Positions 32,067 through 41,330 of a stretch of 64,000 nucleotides of DNA are shown here, piece after piece. The notes under the pieces are model-generated. The model was not told the DNA's origin. It saw only the letters and a program-made list of their open reading frames with translations, and made no database searches. The DNA is from Candidatus Latescibacterota bacterium (GTDB lineage: Bacteria; Latescibacterota; UBA2968; GCA-2709665). The position numbers and the translations under genes are program-made. The stretch is taken from NCBI GenBank assembly GCA_965237675.1, contig OZ250150.1, forward strand, positions 1,216,001 through 1,280,000, written 5' to 3'. Position 1 is the stretch's first letter. Each line of letters begins with the position of its first letter.

Positions 32067-32178
32067 CTTCCACGTGCGTTATTTATTATCGATTTAAACT
32101 GTTTTCGATAATAATAAACCTCCTTTTCTTCACATGCGAAAACAAGAGAAGGCCTTCGCGCCTGCCGATGCCTCTCCA

Positions 32179-32207
32179 GTAGGGGCAGGTTTCAATCCTG
32201 CCCCTAC
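32179..32207 (+). repeat. GTAG-family REP palindrome
   Basis: GTAGGGGCAGG-TTTCAAT-CCTGCCCCTAC. Confidence 0.8.
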
Positions 32208-32350
32208 ATGCGTCTACCGGGCACTGTTTAGAACGCGAAAAGGCCATTCTCTGTTTTATTGCCATTTTGTGTTATATTGTTAGCGAACTGAACAGGAAAC
32301 GCGTATAGGGGTCGTCGTTATTTGCCCAATCGAAATCGTGGAGCGAACCG

Positions 32351-34504
32351 ATGAATCACAGTGAGATCGTCAGCTTTATCTGGGGCGTTGCGGACCTGAT
32401 CCGCGACAGCTTCAAGCGCGGCAAATACCAGGACGTCATTCTGCCTCTGACCGTGCTGCGCCGTCTTGACTGCGTCCTTGCTCCGACCAAGCAACGAGTG
32501 CTCAAACGCCAGGCGGAGTTGAGAGGTCGCGGCCTTGAAGATCTGAAGGCACAACTGCGCGAAACATCCGGCTTCGCATTCTACAACACTTCACGCTATG
32601 ACTTCGACACTTTGCTGGCCGATGCGCCCCAACTTGCCGCCAACCTGAGAAACTACATCGCCGGCTTCAGCGATAACATGCGCGAGGTGTTGGAACGATT
32701 CGACCTCGACAACACGATCAGCAAGCTCGACGAAGCGGGGCTGCTGTTCCAGGTGCTGGAGCGGTTCAAGAACGTCGACCTGCACCCCGATCTGATCGAC
32801 AACGCGACCATGGGGACGGTCTTCGAAGAGTTGATCCGCAGGTTCAACGAAGCCCTGGATGAGAATCCCGGTGAACACTTCACGCCGCGCGATGTTGTGC
32901 ATCTGATGGTGGATCTCATGCTCGCCGGTGAGAAAGACCGCATCGCCCGACCCGGCGTTGTGCGCAGTGTTTACGACCCGTGCTGCGGCTCCGGCGGCAT
33001 GTTGACCATCGCCAAGGAACACATTACAAGGGGCATGCGAAGCAACGGCGAAATCCTTCGCCCCGCCATCAATCCGGAGGCGGAGATCCACCTCTTCGGC
33101 CAGGAAGTGAACCCGGAGACGTGGGCGGTCTCAAAGTCTGACATGTATATGAAGGATCCGACGGGCCGCGACGCGGACGAAATCGTTTTTGGCAGCACGC
33201 TTTCAAACGATCGCCATGCCAGCCGCCACTTCGATTACCTGATAGCGAATCCGCCCTACGGCAAGGACTGGAAACGCGACAAGGCCGCGGTGGAGTCGGA
33301 ACATGACAGGGGCGCGGCCGGCCGTTTCGGCCCCGGACTCCCGCGCATAAGCGACGGGCAGACACTGTTCCTGCTGCACATGCTCGCTCACGTCCGGGCG
33401 CCGGACCAGGGAGGCGCGCGCATCGCAATCATCATGAACGGTTCGCCCCTGTTTACCGGCGACGCAGGCAGCGGCGAAAGCGAAATTCGCCGATACATCA
33501 TGGAGAACGACCTGCTGGAGGCGTTGATTGCGCTGCCCGAGCAGCTTTTCTACAACACCGGCATTGCAACCTACGTGTGGATTTTGAGTAACCGCAAGGC
33601 CCCGGAACGTCGGGGCAAGGTGCAGCTTATCGACGCCACGACCTTCTGGAAGCCAATGCGCCGGAGCCTGGGAGACAAGCGGCGCGAGATCCCGCCGGAA
33701 AAAGCAGACGAAGTACTGAAACTCCTGCGCGGCTTTCGGGATGGCGAGACGCGGAAGGTCTCCGAAGACGGCGAGGAAGAAGACAAAATCGTCAGCCGTG
33801 TTTTTCCGACCACACGGTTCGGGTATCGGAGAATTACGGTTGAACGGCCGCTACGGCTCAATTTCCAGGCGAACGCGGAACGCATCGCCCGGCTGCGCGA
33901 ACAAACAGGCTTTCAGAATCTGGCCAAATCGAAGAAGCGGGGAGATGCAGGCGCCAGGGAGGAGGCCGAAGGCCGCGCACACCAGCAGGACATTCTGACC
34001 ATGCTGGAGAGGCTGCCCGACACCCTTTACAAAGACCGGGAGGGATTTCTGGCAAGACTCGCGGAAGCGGCGCGGAGAGCCGGCATTAAACTCGCGGCGC
34101 CGGTGCAGAAGGCAATCCTCACGGCTCTTGGCGAGCGCGATGAAACGGCCGCGATCTGCCGGGGAAAGAACGGCGCGCCGGAACCCGACCCGGAGTTGCG
34201 TGACACCGAGCGCGTGCCGCTCGCCGATGGGGCGGACCCCGTGGATGGCGACGGCGTCCCAGCCAGCGTTCGCGCCTTTTTCGAGCGGGAGGTCAAACCT
34301 CACGTTCCCAGTGCCTGGATCGACACGTCCAAGCGCGATCATCGGGATGGAAAGGTCGGCTTTGTCGGCTACGAAATCAACTTCAACCGCTATTTCTATC
34401 GGTACAAGCCACCACGACCGCTCGCGGAGATCGAAGCCGATATCCAGGCTATCGAAAAGGACATAATGGAGATGTTGAAGGATATGTCCGGCGCAACGGC
34501 CTGA
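32351..34504 (+). CDS. hsdM: Type I restriction-modification methyltransferase subunit (N6-adenine)
   Basis: FIWGVADLIR, GEHFTPRDVV, YDPCCGSGGML, ANPPYG, GYEINFNRYFY. Confidence 0.96.
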   Translation: MNHSEIVSFIWGVADLIRDSFKRGKYQDVILPLTVLRRLDCVLAPTKQRVLKRQAELRGRGLEDLKAQLRETSGFAFYNTSRYDFDTLLADAPQLAANLRNYIAGFSDNMREVLERFDLDNTISKLDEAGLLFQVLERFKNVDLHPDLIDNATMGTVFEELIRRFNEALDENPGEHFTPRDVVHLMVDLMLAGEKDRIARPGVVRSVYDPCCGSGGMLTIAKEHITRGMRSNGEILRPAINPEAEIHLFGQEVNPETWAVSKSDMYMKDPTGRDADEIVFGSTLSNDRHASRHFDYLIANPPYGKDWKRDKAAVESEHDRGAAGRFGPGLPRISDGQTLFLLHMLAHVRAPDQGGARIAIIMNGSPLFTGDAGSGESEIRRYIMENDLLEALIALPEQLFYNTGIATYVWILSNRKAPERRGKVQLIDATTFWKPMRRSLGDKRREIPPEKADEVLKLLRGFRDGETRKVSEDGEEEDKIVSRVFPTTRFGYRRITVERPLRLNFQANAERIARLREQTGFQNLAKSKKRGDAGAREEAEGRAHQQDILTMLERLPDTLYKDREGFLARLAEAARRAGIKLAAPVQKAILTALGERDETAAICRGKNGAPEPDPELRDTERVPLADGADPVDGDGVPASVRAFFEREVKPHVPSAWIDTSKRDHRDGKVGFVGYEINFNRYFYRYKPPRPLAEIEADIQAIEKDIMEMLKDMSGATA

Positions 34505-34587
34505 GCTACGAGGTGCGTGTCAGAAGTTCTGGACGCGAAGAAAATTCGATTCGACCCAAAAGCCCGGTGGGTTTGAGGGTGATTTTG

Positions 34588-34654
34588 GTCTGTATCAAGT
34601 GGGGACGAGCCGGATCGCGGCCTCGGGTACGTGGAGATCGTCGTCTATAAATGA
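34588..34654 (+). pseudogene. Frameshifted 3' remnant of HigB toxin
   Basis: VCIKW... then VEIVVYK* in another frame, resembling the HigB C-terminus ICFxW...VEIVDYH; immediately upstream of higA. Confidence 0.55.
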
Positions 34655-34675
34655 TGCCAATCTGAGGTTCGGATT

Positions 34676-34990
34676 ATGGTACGTATTCCAACCGATCGTG
34701 TCCCCACTCATCCGGGTGAGATGTTACTGGAGGAGTTTCTGAATCCGTTGAATTTAACGCAGCGCGAATTGGCGACCGCCATTCATGTTCCCTATCAACG
34801 GGTCAACGAACTGGTGAACGGTCGACGCGGTATCACTCCGAGCACGGCCCTGCGACTGGGGAGGTGTTTCAACGTGTCTGCCGCGTTTTGGCTGAATCTC
34901 CAGCTTCGCTGGGATCTGTATCATGCCACCCGGTCCGAGGTCGAGGTACTGGAGGAGACTTCGCCACGTGACATGGAACTTAGTGCATAA
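34676..34990 (+). CDS. higA: HigA-family addiction module antitoxin
   Basis: PTHPGEMLLEEFL.P..LTQ..LA...RRGITPSTALRL...FWLNLQ. Confidence 0.92.
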   Translation: MVRIPTDRVPTHPGEMLLEEFLNPLNLTQRELATAIHVPYQRVNELVNGRRGITPSTALRLGRCFNVSAAFWLNLQLRWDLYHATRSEVEVLEETSPRDMELSA

Positions 34991-35024
34991 CGAGAATGTC
35001 ACGACGCATTAGACGGATTTTCTG

Positions 35025-35081
35025 TTGACAATTAAGCAAGAATACAATATAATGTCGGCAGTCCTTAATAAGATGCCGACA
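35025..35081 (+). promoter_or_regulatory. Consensus sigma70 promoter with overlapping inverted-repeat operator of abiE
   Basis: TTGACA-N17-TATAAT (35025-35053) followed by TGTCGGCA-N13-TGCCGACA. Confidence 0.85.
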
Positions 35082-35086
35082 ATTTT

Positions 35087-35698
35087 ATGAACATGCCTAC
35101 AATTCAACTCGACAGAGATCGCCTTCACAGCGCCGGCCTCGGTGTCTTCTTTCGTCCGAGCCAGATCAATGCGTTGGGGATCACGTACGACCAACTCCGC
35201 CGTTTGGTCTCAACCGGGGCCGTTGAGCGGGTCAACCGGGGCCTTTATAGGCTCGCCAGTGCGGAGCCGACTGAACATTACACACTCGCTGCCGTATGCG
35301 CACGTGTGCCCAATGCCGTCATTTGCCTGCTTTCGGCGCTCAGCTTTCACGAAATCGGAACTCGGCTGCCACACGAGGTCTGGATTGCGATTCCCCACAA
35401 GGCGAGACCCCCTCGCCTTCCGCAATTCCGAACCCGACTCATCAGGTTCAGCGGCGCCGCCTGGACCTATGGTGTGTCCGACACCGCATTCGAAGGCGTT
35501 CCGGCGCGAATAACCTCGCCCGCTCGCACGATCGTCGATTGTTTCCGATTCGAACACCTGATCGGACGCGAAACTGCTATTGAGGCATTGCAAGACGGTC
35601 TCCGGGGAAAAAAGGTGACGACCGGCGCCCTGCTGCGAACCCTTGAGGAATTGCCTTCGCGCCGGCTGAGCGCGGCCCTGGAAATAGGAATTATATGA
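35087..35698 (+). CDS. abiEi: Type IV TA antitoxin AbiEi
   Basis: G..ERVNRGLYRL, ICLLSALSFHEI, TSPARTIVDCFR. Confidence 0.9.
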   Translation: MNMPTIQLDRDRLHSAGLGVFFRPSQINALGITYDQLRRLVSTGAVERVNRGLYRLASAEPTEHYTLAAVCARVPNAVICLLSALSFHEIGTRLPHEVWIAIPHKARPPRLPQFRTRLIRFSGAAWTYGVSDTAFEGVPARITSPARTIVDCFRFEHLIGRETAIEALQDGLRGKKVTTGALLRTLEELPSRRLSAALEIGII

Positions 35699-36648
35699 TC
35701 ACCGATGTCGCGGCGTCCATCAGATCTCGCCTGTACAATAAGGCGAAAAAAAGTGGCATAGAGTTCCAGTTTTTTCTTGTGCGTTACGCCTGCGAAAGAT
35801 TCCTATACCGCCTCGGCGCCTGTCCAGTACGTGACCGGTTTATACTCAAAGGCGCAACTCTGCTTGCGGTTTGGATGGATGAACCCTACCGTGCTACTCG
35901 CGATATCGATTTGTTGGTGGCCTCCGGTGGCGCTGATGAAACGTCCGTCCGAGAAACCATGAAAACGATCTGCGATGTCCCCTGTCGCGAGGATGGCCTG
36001 GTTTTCGATCTCAATAGCTTGCGGATTTCTTCGATTCAATCGGGGCAAATGTTCCCGAGCCAACGCGCCAAGCTGAACTGTTATCTTGGAAAAGCGAGAA
36101 TTCTCACCCAGGTGGACTTTGGTTTCGGCGATGTCGTCACCTCTGGTGTTGAGCAAGCGAAACTAAAGACACTCATAGACGGTGTCCCCGCGCCCTCGCT
36201 GCTCGTTTATCCACTATCGACAAGCGTCGCCGAGAAGTTCGAAGCTATGGTGCGATTTGGGCATCGCAATAGCCGCATGAAGGACTTCCATGACATTTGG
36301 GCCCTGTCTGATCGGTTTTTCTTTGATGGCGAAAAACTCCGCGAAGCTATCCGGGACTGTTTCAGCCGGCGTGGCACGGATCTAAACTCAGAGCCTCCGG
36401 CTGCTCTCACTTCGTCGTTCTACTCAGACACTGACCGGAATAGGCTGTGGCGCAACTATCGGGTTGAGATGGGGCTTCTGACACCGCCGCCCGATTCTTT
36501 CGAAATCGTAGGTGAGCGCTTGTTGAGATTTCTTGAGCCTATCCGTGAAAGCATCCTGGCGGACAATTCGTTCGAGTTTTGTTGGCCCGCTGGCGGACCT
36601 TGGCGACCCGTTTCGGACAAGGACTGCGAAAACAGAGACCGTGCGTAA
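35695..36648 (+). CDS. abiEii: Type IV TA nucleotidyltransferase toxin AbiEii
   Basis: ERFLYRL, FILKGA, RATRDIDL, AEKFEAM...NSRMKDFHDI; ATGA coupling. Confidence 0.92.
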   Translation: MITDVAASIRSRLYNKAKKSGIEFQFFLVRYACERFLYRLGACPVRDRFILKGATLLAVWMDEPYRATRDIDLLVASGGADETSVRETMKTICDVPCREDGLVFDLNSLRISSIQSGQMFPSQRAKLNCYLGKARILTQVDFGFGDVVTSGVEQAKLKTLIDGVPAPSLLVYPLSTSVAEKFEAMVRFGHRNSRMKDFHDIWALSDRFFFDGEKLREAIRDCFSRRGTDLNSEPPAALTSSFYSDTDRNRLWRNYRVEMGLLTPPPDSFEIVGERLLRFLEPIRESILADNSFEFCWPAGGPWRPVSDKDCENRDRA

Positions 36649-36775
36649 TGCCGTCAGATACAAACATTGGGACGGCGTAACTCAGCGCAAGGAAAACGCC
36701 GCTAGGGCCGGAGCACTGCGGAGGTTGAAACCCAATCCGGCTTACAAGGCCTCGGGCGTCGAATGCCTCGCATAG
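36641..36775 (+). pseudogene. 5' remnant of a second hsdS
   Basis: RRLKPNPAYKASGVECL* resembles the HsdS N-terminus RRFKPYPAYKDSGVEWLG; same motif at the start of the 39728 gene. Confidence 0.7.
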
Positions 36776-36977
36776 ATTCAGTGGTATCGTGACGTCTCTG
36801 CCGGAAATCGGATTGCCTACGTCGCTAACAAACTTGAAATGCTGAAGGGTTTGCGCGAAGAATCGCCTGAGTGACATCATATGTCGGCAGTTACGATGAT
36901 GTGCCGACATTTCGTATAGTTCGCCAGGCTGCAATTCAACTGGCCAAATTCATCTCGCTACGTTAAGTAACGCTATT

Positions 36978-37097
36978 ATGTCCGAACTTGGTGCAACACA
37001 GATTCCCAAGCCTAGCGACGAGCAAGCCTTTGAGCGGTGCAATGTTACGCTTTATCAGAGGAGGATAGACGCTTGGAAGGCGACGTCAGGAGATTGA
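36978..37097 (+). pseudogene. N-terminal remnant of a PD-(D/E)XK (Mrr-like) nuclease-led defence gene
   Basis: MSELGATQIPKPSDEQAFERCNV resembles the IP.P.(D/N)..xFE.xC start of REase-fused defence proteins; similarity is lost after about 25 aa where the next gene begins. Confidence 0.45.
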
Positions 37098-38398
37098 TCG
37101 ACGATCCCCGGTTCCGGGCATACCATCGGGATTTCCTGAAACCAAGGGAATTCAACACCTTCGACGTTCTCCAGTACGCGGACTACGAAATCCGCCACAG
37201 CAACGTGTTGGCGTGGCTGCTCCGGCCCGGCGACACCCACGGTATCGGCGCACGGTTCCTGAAATGGTTTGTGGACCAGATCGATAAAGGGCTCGCGGCG
37301 GCGAATGCAGGGCCTCTTCCCGCAATCGGCTTTGAGGCGTCGAATGTCGCTGTCTGGAGAGAGCGAGACCATGTCGACATCACGGTCTTGTTCAAGAAAG
37401 AGCGGTGTTTGATCGCCATCGAGAATAAGACGGGACCGGCGTCTTCCGAGCATGTTGACCAGGTCAGGGGTTACGAGCGGAAGCTGCGCGGCAAGCACGA
37501 GGGACACACGGTGAAGTGCGTCCTTTTGACCACCTCGCCCGACGGAAGTGTGGACTTCCCAGGCCTTGTCCATGTTGGTTGGAAGTCGGTCCATGAAACC
37601 ATCGACAGTTTCCATTTGGAAGGCAGGTTCCAGTCTTGTGGCGTACGGGCCTTCGTCCTACAGTACCTTGAATTGGTCGAAAGGTGGTTTGGTTCCGCAG
37701 GAGTCGAGGGTTTCAAGAAGCTTCTTGACGACTATCACTCCATCTTGCAGAAGATGCGGCAGGTCCTGGACAAGGACGGCGATGGCGGTGTCCGTGGGAT
37801 GGCGCCGGAGGACCGGGCAGACTACGGCGACGCGCTTGTCATGCTGGTGAAGGCATCGAGACAGGATCCGGTGAAACTGCGACAGGCGGTGGCATATCGC
37901 CTCAGGGGACAAGGCTGCGAGCTCCATTTCACACAGAATAACAGTAACATGACTTATTGGTTGAACTGGCACGATACGGACCTTGCCGATATCGCGCGGA
38001 GACTGGGCTGCGGAAACTTCGCCCTCTCGTGGGGGATGACGTTCACCCATCACGAAGTCCGAGCGGGTTTCTATCTCTATCAAGAGAAGCCAGAGGAGCA
38101 GGCCTCGCTGGACCGGCTCAAGCATTTCCTGAAAGCGACGCCGATCAACAGACGTAAGCCGGACGAATACGTCATGCGGGACAATGGCTTCGGCTGGTAT
38201 CAGGTCTATGACCTGGAGGTCGTTTCCAGGGACGAGCTTGCCGGCATGTCAGGACATGAGGTCAAGGAGGAAGTGATCCGGAGACTGGAGAACTTCATGG
38301 GTTCGGACGACTCGGAGTACAGACGCATCGACGACTACTTCCAATGCCTCGCCTTCACACCCGGCGATTCGGCATCCGCGCGGGAGGATTCGCCATAG
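37073..38398 (+). CDS. PD-(D/E)XK nuclease family protein (PDDEXK_4-like)
   Basis: FNTFDVL...EIRHSNVLAWLL.P..THG...FL, HVDI...IAIENK; TTG start after GAGGAGG. Confidence 0.85.
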   Translation: MEGDVRRLIDDPRFRAYHRDFLKPREFNTFDVLQYADYEIRHSNVLAWLLRPGDTHGIGARFLKWFVDQIDKGLAAANAGPLPAIGFEASNVAVWRERDHVDITVLFKKERCLIAIENKTGPASSEHVDQVRGYERKLRGKHEGHTVKCVLLTTSPDGSVDFPGLVHVGWKSVHETIDSFHLEGRFQSCGVRAFVLQYLELVERWFGSAGVEGFKKLLDDYHSILQKMRQVLDKDGDGGVRGMAPEDRADYGDALVMLVKASRQDPVKLRQAVAYRLRGQGCELHFTQNNSNMTYWLNWHDTDLADIARRLGCGNFALSWGMTFTHHEVRAGFYLYQEKPEEQASLDRLKHFLKATPINRRKPDEYVMRDNGFGWYQVYDLEVVSRDELAGMSGHEVKEEVIRRLENFMGSDDSEYRRIDDYFQCLAFTPGDSASAREDSP

Positions 38399-38494
38399 CG
38401 GTTTGAAACTGCCGCTCCATTGAAGCGCCGAATCGGTGCTATATTGCTTTTGCGGTCTTGCGCGACAACTCGAGATCAAACGCTGGAGGGATCA

Positions 38495-38983
38495 ATGACA
38501 TTCGGATCCGCCGGTTCCCTGGTTTCCGCCGAGAGTAGCGCGGCCTCGGTCGCGCTACTGCTCGCCCTGCTCGCCGCGACCGGCTGCCGTGAATCGACGC
38601 TCGATCCGGATGTCCCCGAAAGCAACGTGGTGGTCGCCGACGACCGCGAACGGGGAGACGACCCCTGCGTCGTGAACTCGGCCGCCATCGGCGGACACCG
38701 GTTGACCATCGAAGTCTCGTACGCCGGCGGCTGCCGGAGGCACGACTTCACGCTGGTAATCTCGAAATCGTTCAGAGAGTCGGATCCAGTGCAACTTCCG
38801 GCCGTGCTCGCCCATAATGCGAACGGCGATCGCTGCGAGGCATGGCTGACCGAGTCCCACGTCTTCGACCTCGCCCTGGTCAGGACGCGCTATCAGCAGT
38901 TATACGGACCCGGTCCGGGCAAGGTCGTCCTTCGAATCGCGGGCGTGCCCGGTGACAACCTCTTGTACGAATTCGACGGATAG
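38495..38983 (+). CDS. Hypothetical lipoprotein
   Basis: Hydrophobic signal ending ATG-C lipobox; VSYAGGC..HDF.L...ESDPVQ...HNANGD.CEA paired-Cys motif. Confidence 0.7.
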   Translation: MTFGSAGSLVSAESSAASVALLLALLAATGCRESTLDPDVPESNVVVADDRERGDDPCVVNSAAIGGHRLTIEVSYAGGCRRHDFTLVISKSFRESDPVQLPAVLAHNANGDRCEAWLTESHVFDLALVRTRYQQLYGPGPGKVVLRIAGVPGDNLLYEFDG

Positions 38984-39016
38984 CACCGGGCGGGTCGCTC
39001 AACTCGAAACCGGCAA

Positions 39017-39518
39017 CTCCTGCTTTCTTCGATTGAACGCGACGAGAGCCCCGATCTGTTCAATTTACAGGCTCTATGTACTTATATCGGTCATACGGGT
39101 GAGGATCTTCAATCGCATACCGCCCTCGGGGCCCAGTTCATTAATGGCCTCTGGGCGAGCGCCCGACCTATTGTCTTGTCCGACGTTCCCGTTGATTCTA
39201 AGACTCAAAAAGCCACGGACCTGGTGTTCCGGGCGTTGATTGGTGATACCAATAAAGACGAGTGGCCCAAAAGGGCGGCTGCGCTCTTCCGCACGCTTGA
39301 CGAAGATCCAGGACGTTATCTTCTCCGCTGGTGCGAGGCGAAATTTCTGCCTGTCGATCAGATTCGAAAGATTCTGCGAGAAGAGATCCATTGAGTGGTC
39401 AATTGGGATTCTTATTGGGCGGGGTAAACCGGGCGAACCTCAATGGTTCGACGTCAGGACAACCGAAATGACATTGCGTGACCTTACAGAATCACAAAGC
39501 CGGCCGCGAAATCGTTGA
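39017..39518 (+). pseudogene. Start-less, frameshifted fragment of an unidentified gene
   Basis: Frame open from 38984 to 39394 without ATG, with protein-like sequence continuing in a second frame to 39518. Confidence 0.35.
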
Positions 39519-39571
39519 GCACAGCCGATAACCGATCATGGCCCTGGCCCCTGTGCACGAAGACACCCACC

Positions 39572-39600
39572 GGAGGGGCAGGTTTGAAACCTGCCCCTCC
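39572..39600 (+). repeat. REP palindrome abutting the RAYT remnant
   Basis: GGAGGGGCAGGTTT-G-AAACCTGCCCCTCC. Confidence 0.8.
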
Positions 39601-39720
39601 GAAGAACACGATATATGGAACCACGCAGCACTTAATCGCATTCGTCAGGGCATCATCGACAACCCGGCGCAATGGCGTGAAGAACCTGAAAATCCAGCGT
39701 TACATGAAGAAAGGCCATAG
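39601..39720 (+). pseudogene. C-terminal remnant of REP-associated tyrosine transposase (RAYT/TnpA-REP)
   Basis: EHDIWNHAALNRIRQGIIDNPAQWREEPENP resembles the RAYT consensus EHIIRNE..L..IRQYIIxNP..W.ED.ENP; the catalytic Tyr position reads Gly. Confidence 0.75.
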
Positions 39721-39727
39721 GGCCGTC

Positions 39728-41185
39728 ATGACACCCGCTCGCCTCCACCCTTACGCTGCATACAAGGACTCCGGCATCGTCTGGCTGAGAAAGATCCCTG
39801 CGCATTGGGTAGTGACGCGGTTGAAGTCGTTTGCCACAGTTCAGCTTAGCAACGTAGACAAGAAGTCCACGGAAGGGCAAGATGCCGTTCAGCTATGCAA
39901 CTATGTGGACGTGTACTACAACGAACGAATTGACGATCGTGTTGATTTCATGTCTGCAACTGCGACGTCGGAACAGGTACGTCGTTTTTCCCTCCAGTCA
40001 GGCGATGTATTAATAACGAAGGATTCGGAGACCTGGACGGACATAGCTGTTCCAGCGGTGGTCTCCGAGGATCTGCCTGGTGTATTATGCGGGTACCACT
40101 TGGCTCACATCCGGCCGGGCCAGCATTGTAATGGCGGTTTCCTTAGCAGATTGTTTGCTGCGATTGGACCCCGAGATCAGTATCACATTTCGGGTAACGG
40201 TATCACACGGTTCGGTCTAACCGGCGATTCCGTTCGTGCCGGAGTGTTTGCACTCCCACCCCTCCCCGAACAACGTGCGATTGTCGCCTTCCTCGACCGC
40301 GAGACGGCCAGGATCGACGCCCTCGTGGCCAAAAAGGAGCCGTTGATCGAGTTGCTCCAGGAAAAGCGCACCGCCCTCATTAGCCACGCCGTCACGAAAG
40401 GCCTTCCTGCCGACGCTGCGGCGCAGGCAGGCCTCGACCCCAACGTGCCAATGAAGGACTCGGGCGTCGAATGGCTGGGGACAATTCCGGCGCATTGGGA
40501 GGTGAAGCGGCTAAAACATCTCGTAATTGCGCCGCTCAAATACGGTGCGAACGAGCCAGCAGTTTACACCGATAATTATCTCCCAATTCGTATTACCGAC
40601 ATACGGGAAGATGGGACATTGCGAGACGACAGCTTTAGGTCGATCCCAGAGGAGATTGCTAAACCCTATCTTCTTGCCGGAGGCGACATTTTGTTTGCAC
40701 GTAGCGGGGCAACCGTCGGAAAGACTTTCCGGTACAACGCCAGTTGGGGCAAAGCAGCACATGCCCGGTATCTGATTCGTGCACGTTTTGATGGATCCGT
40801 CGTTGAGTCTGTTTTCGTTCAGTATTTTACACAAACTCAAAGATACGCTGATTGGCTTCTAAGCAACTTGATTCAAGCCACAATTCAAAATGTGAGCGCC
40901 GAGAGCTACGCATCCCTGAGCGTTCCTTTTCCACCTCTTCCCGAACAACGCGCCATCGCCGACTTCCTTGATCGCGAGACGGCCAGGATCGACACCCTCG
41001 TCCGCAAAGTCCGAGAAGCCATCGACCGTCTTAACGAACTCCGCACGGCACTCATCTCGGCAGCTGTAACAGGCAAGATCGACGTGCGCGAGGCGCCGGC
41101 GCGGGCGCCGGATGAATCCGGGAACAGCACGGCAGACGGCAGCGTCATGCCTGGCGCATCGGGCGACATGGGGCGAGATAGATGA
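39728..41185 (+). CDS. hsdS: Type I RM specificity subunit with two TRDs
   Basis: YKDSG..WL..IPAHW twice; PPLPEQRAI..FLDRETARID.LV twice; ALISAAVTGKIDVR. Confidence 0.93.
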   Translation: MTPARLHPYAAYKDSGIVWLRKIPAHWVVTRLKSFATVQLSNVDKKSTEGQDAVQLCNYVDVYYNERIDDRVDFMSATATSEQVRRFSLQSGDVLITKDSETWTDIAVPAVVSEDLPGVLCGYHLAHIRPGQHCNGGFLSRLFAAIGPRDQYHISGNGITRFGLTGDSVRAGVFALPPLPEQRAIVAFLDRETARIDALVAKKEPLIELLQEKRTALISHAVTKGLPADAAAQAGLDPNVPMKDSGVEWLGTIPAHWEVKRLKHLVIAPLKYGANEPAVYTDNYLPIRITDIREDGTLRDDSFRSIPEEIAKPYLLAGGDILFARSGATVGKTFRYNASWGKAAHARYLIRARFDGSVVESVFVQYFTQTQRYADWLLSNLIQATIQNVSAESYASLSVPFPPLPEQRAIADFLDRETARIDTLVRKVREAIDRLNELRTALISAAVTGKIDVREAPARAPDESGNSTADGSVMPGASGDMGRDR

Positions 41186-41330
41186 AACAAGGCGAAATAG
41201 TCTTTGAGGCGCGCGTGGCCGTCGAAGGTGGTGTCTCGTCAGGCGCGAAGTTGATTCCACGGATACCGCATTGTCCCGCTCAACACTGCCTAACTCACGG
41301 ACACACGGTTCGATAGCGCAAACGATGCGC

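Noticed and set aside
38981-38983. Amber readthrough joining the lipoprotein to the downstream open frame
   Set aside because: The lipoprotein ends plausibly, there is no recoding context, and the downstream piece looks like an unrelated decayed gene
40256-41000. hsdS shufflon
   Set aside because: The repeats are the normal direct conserved regions of HsdS; no inverted silent copies or invertase
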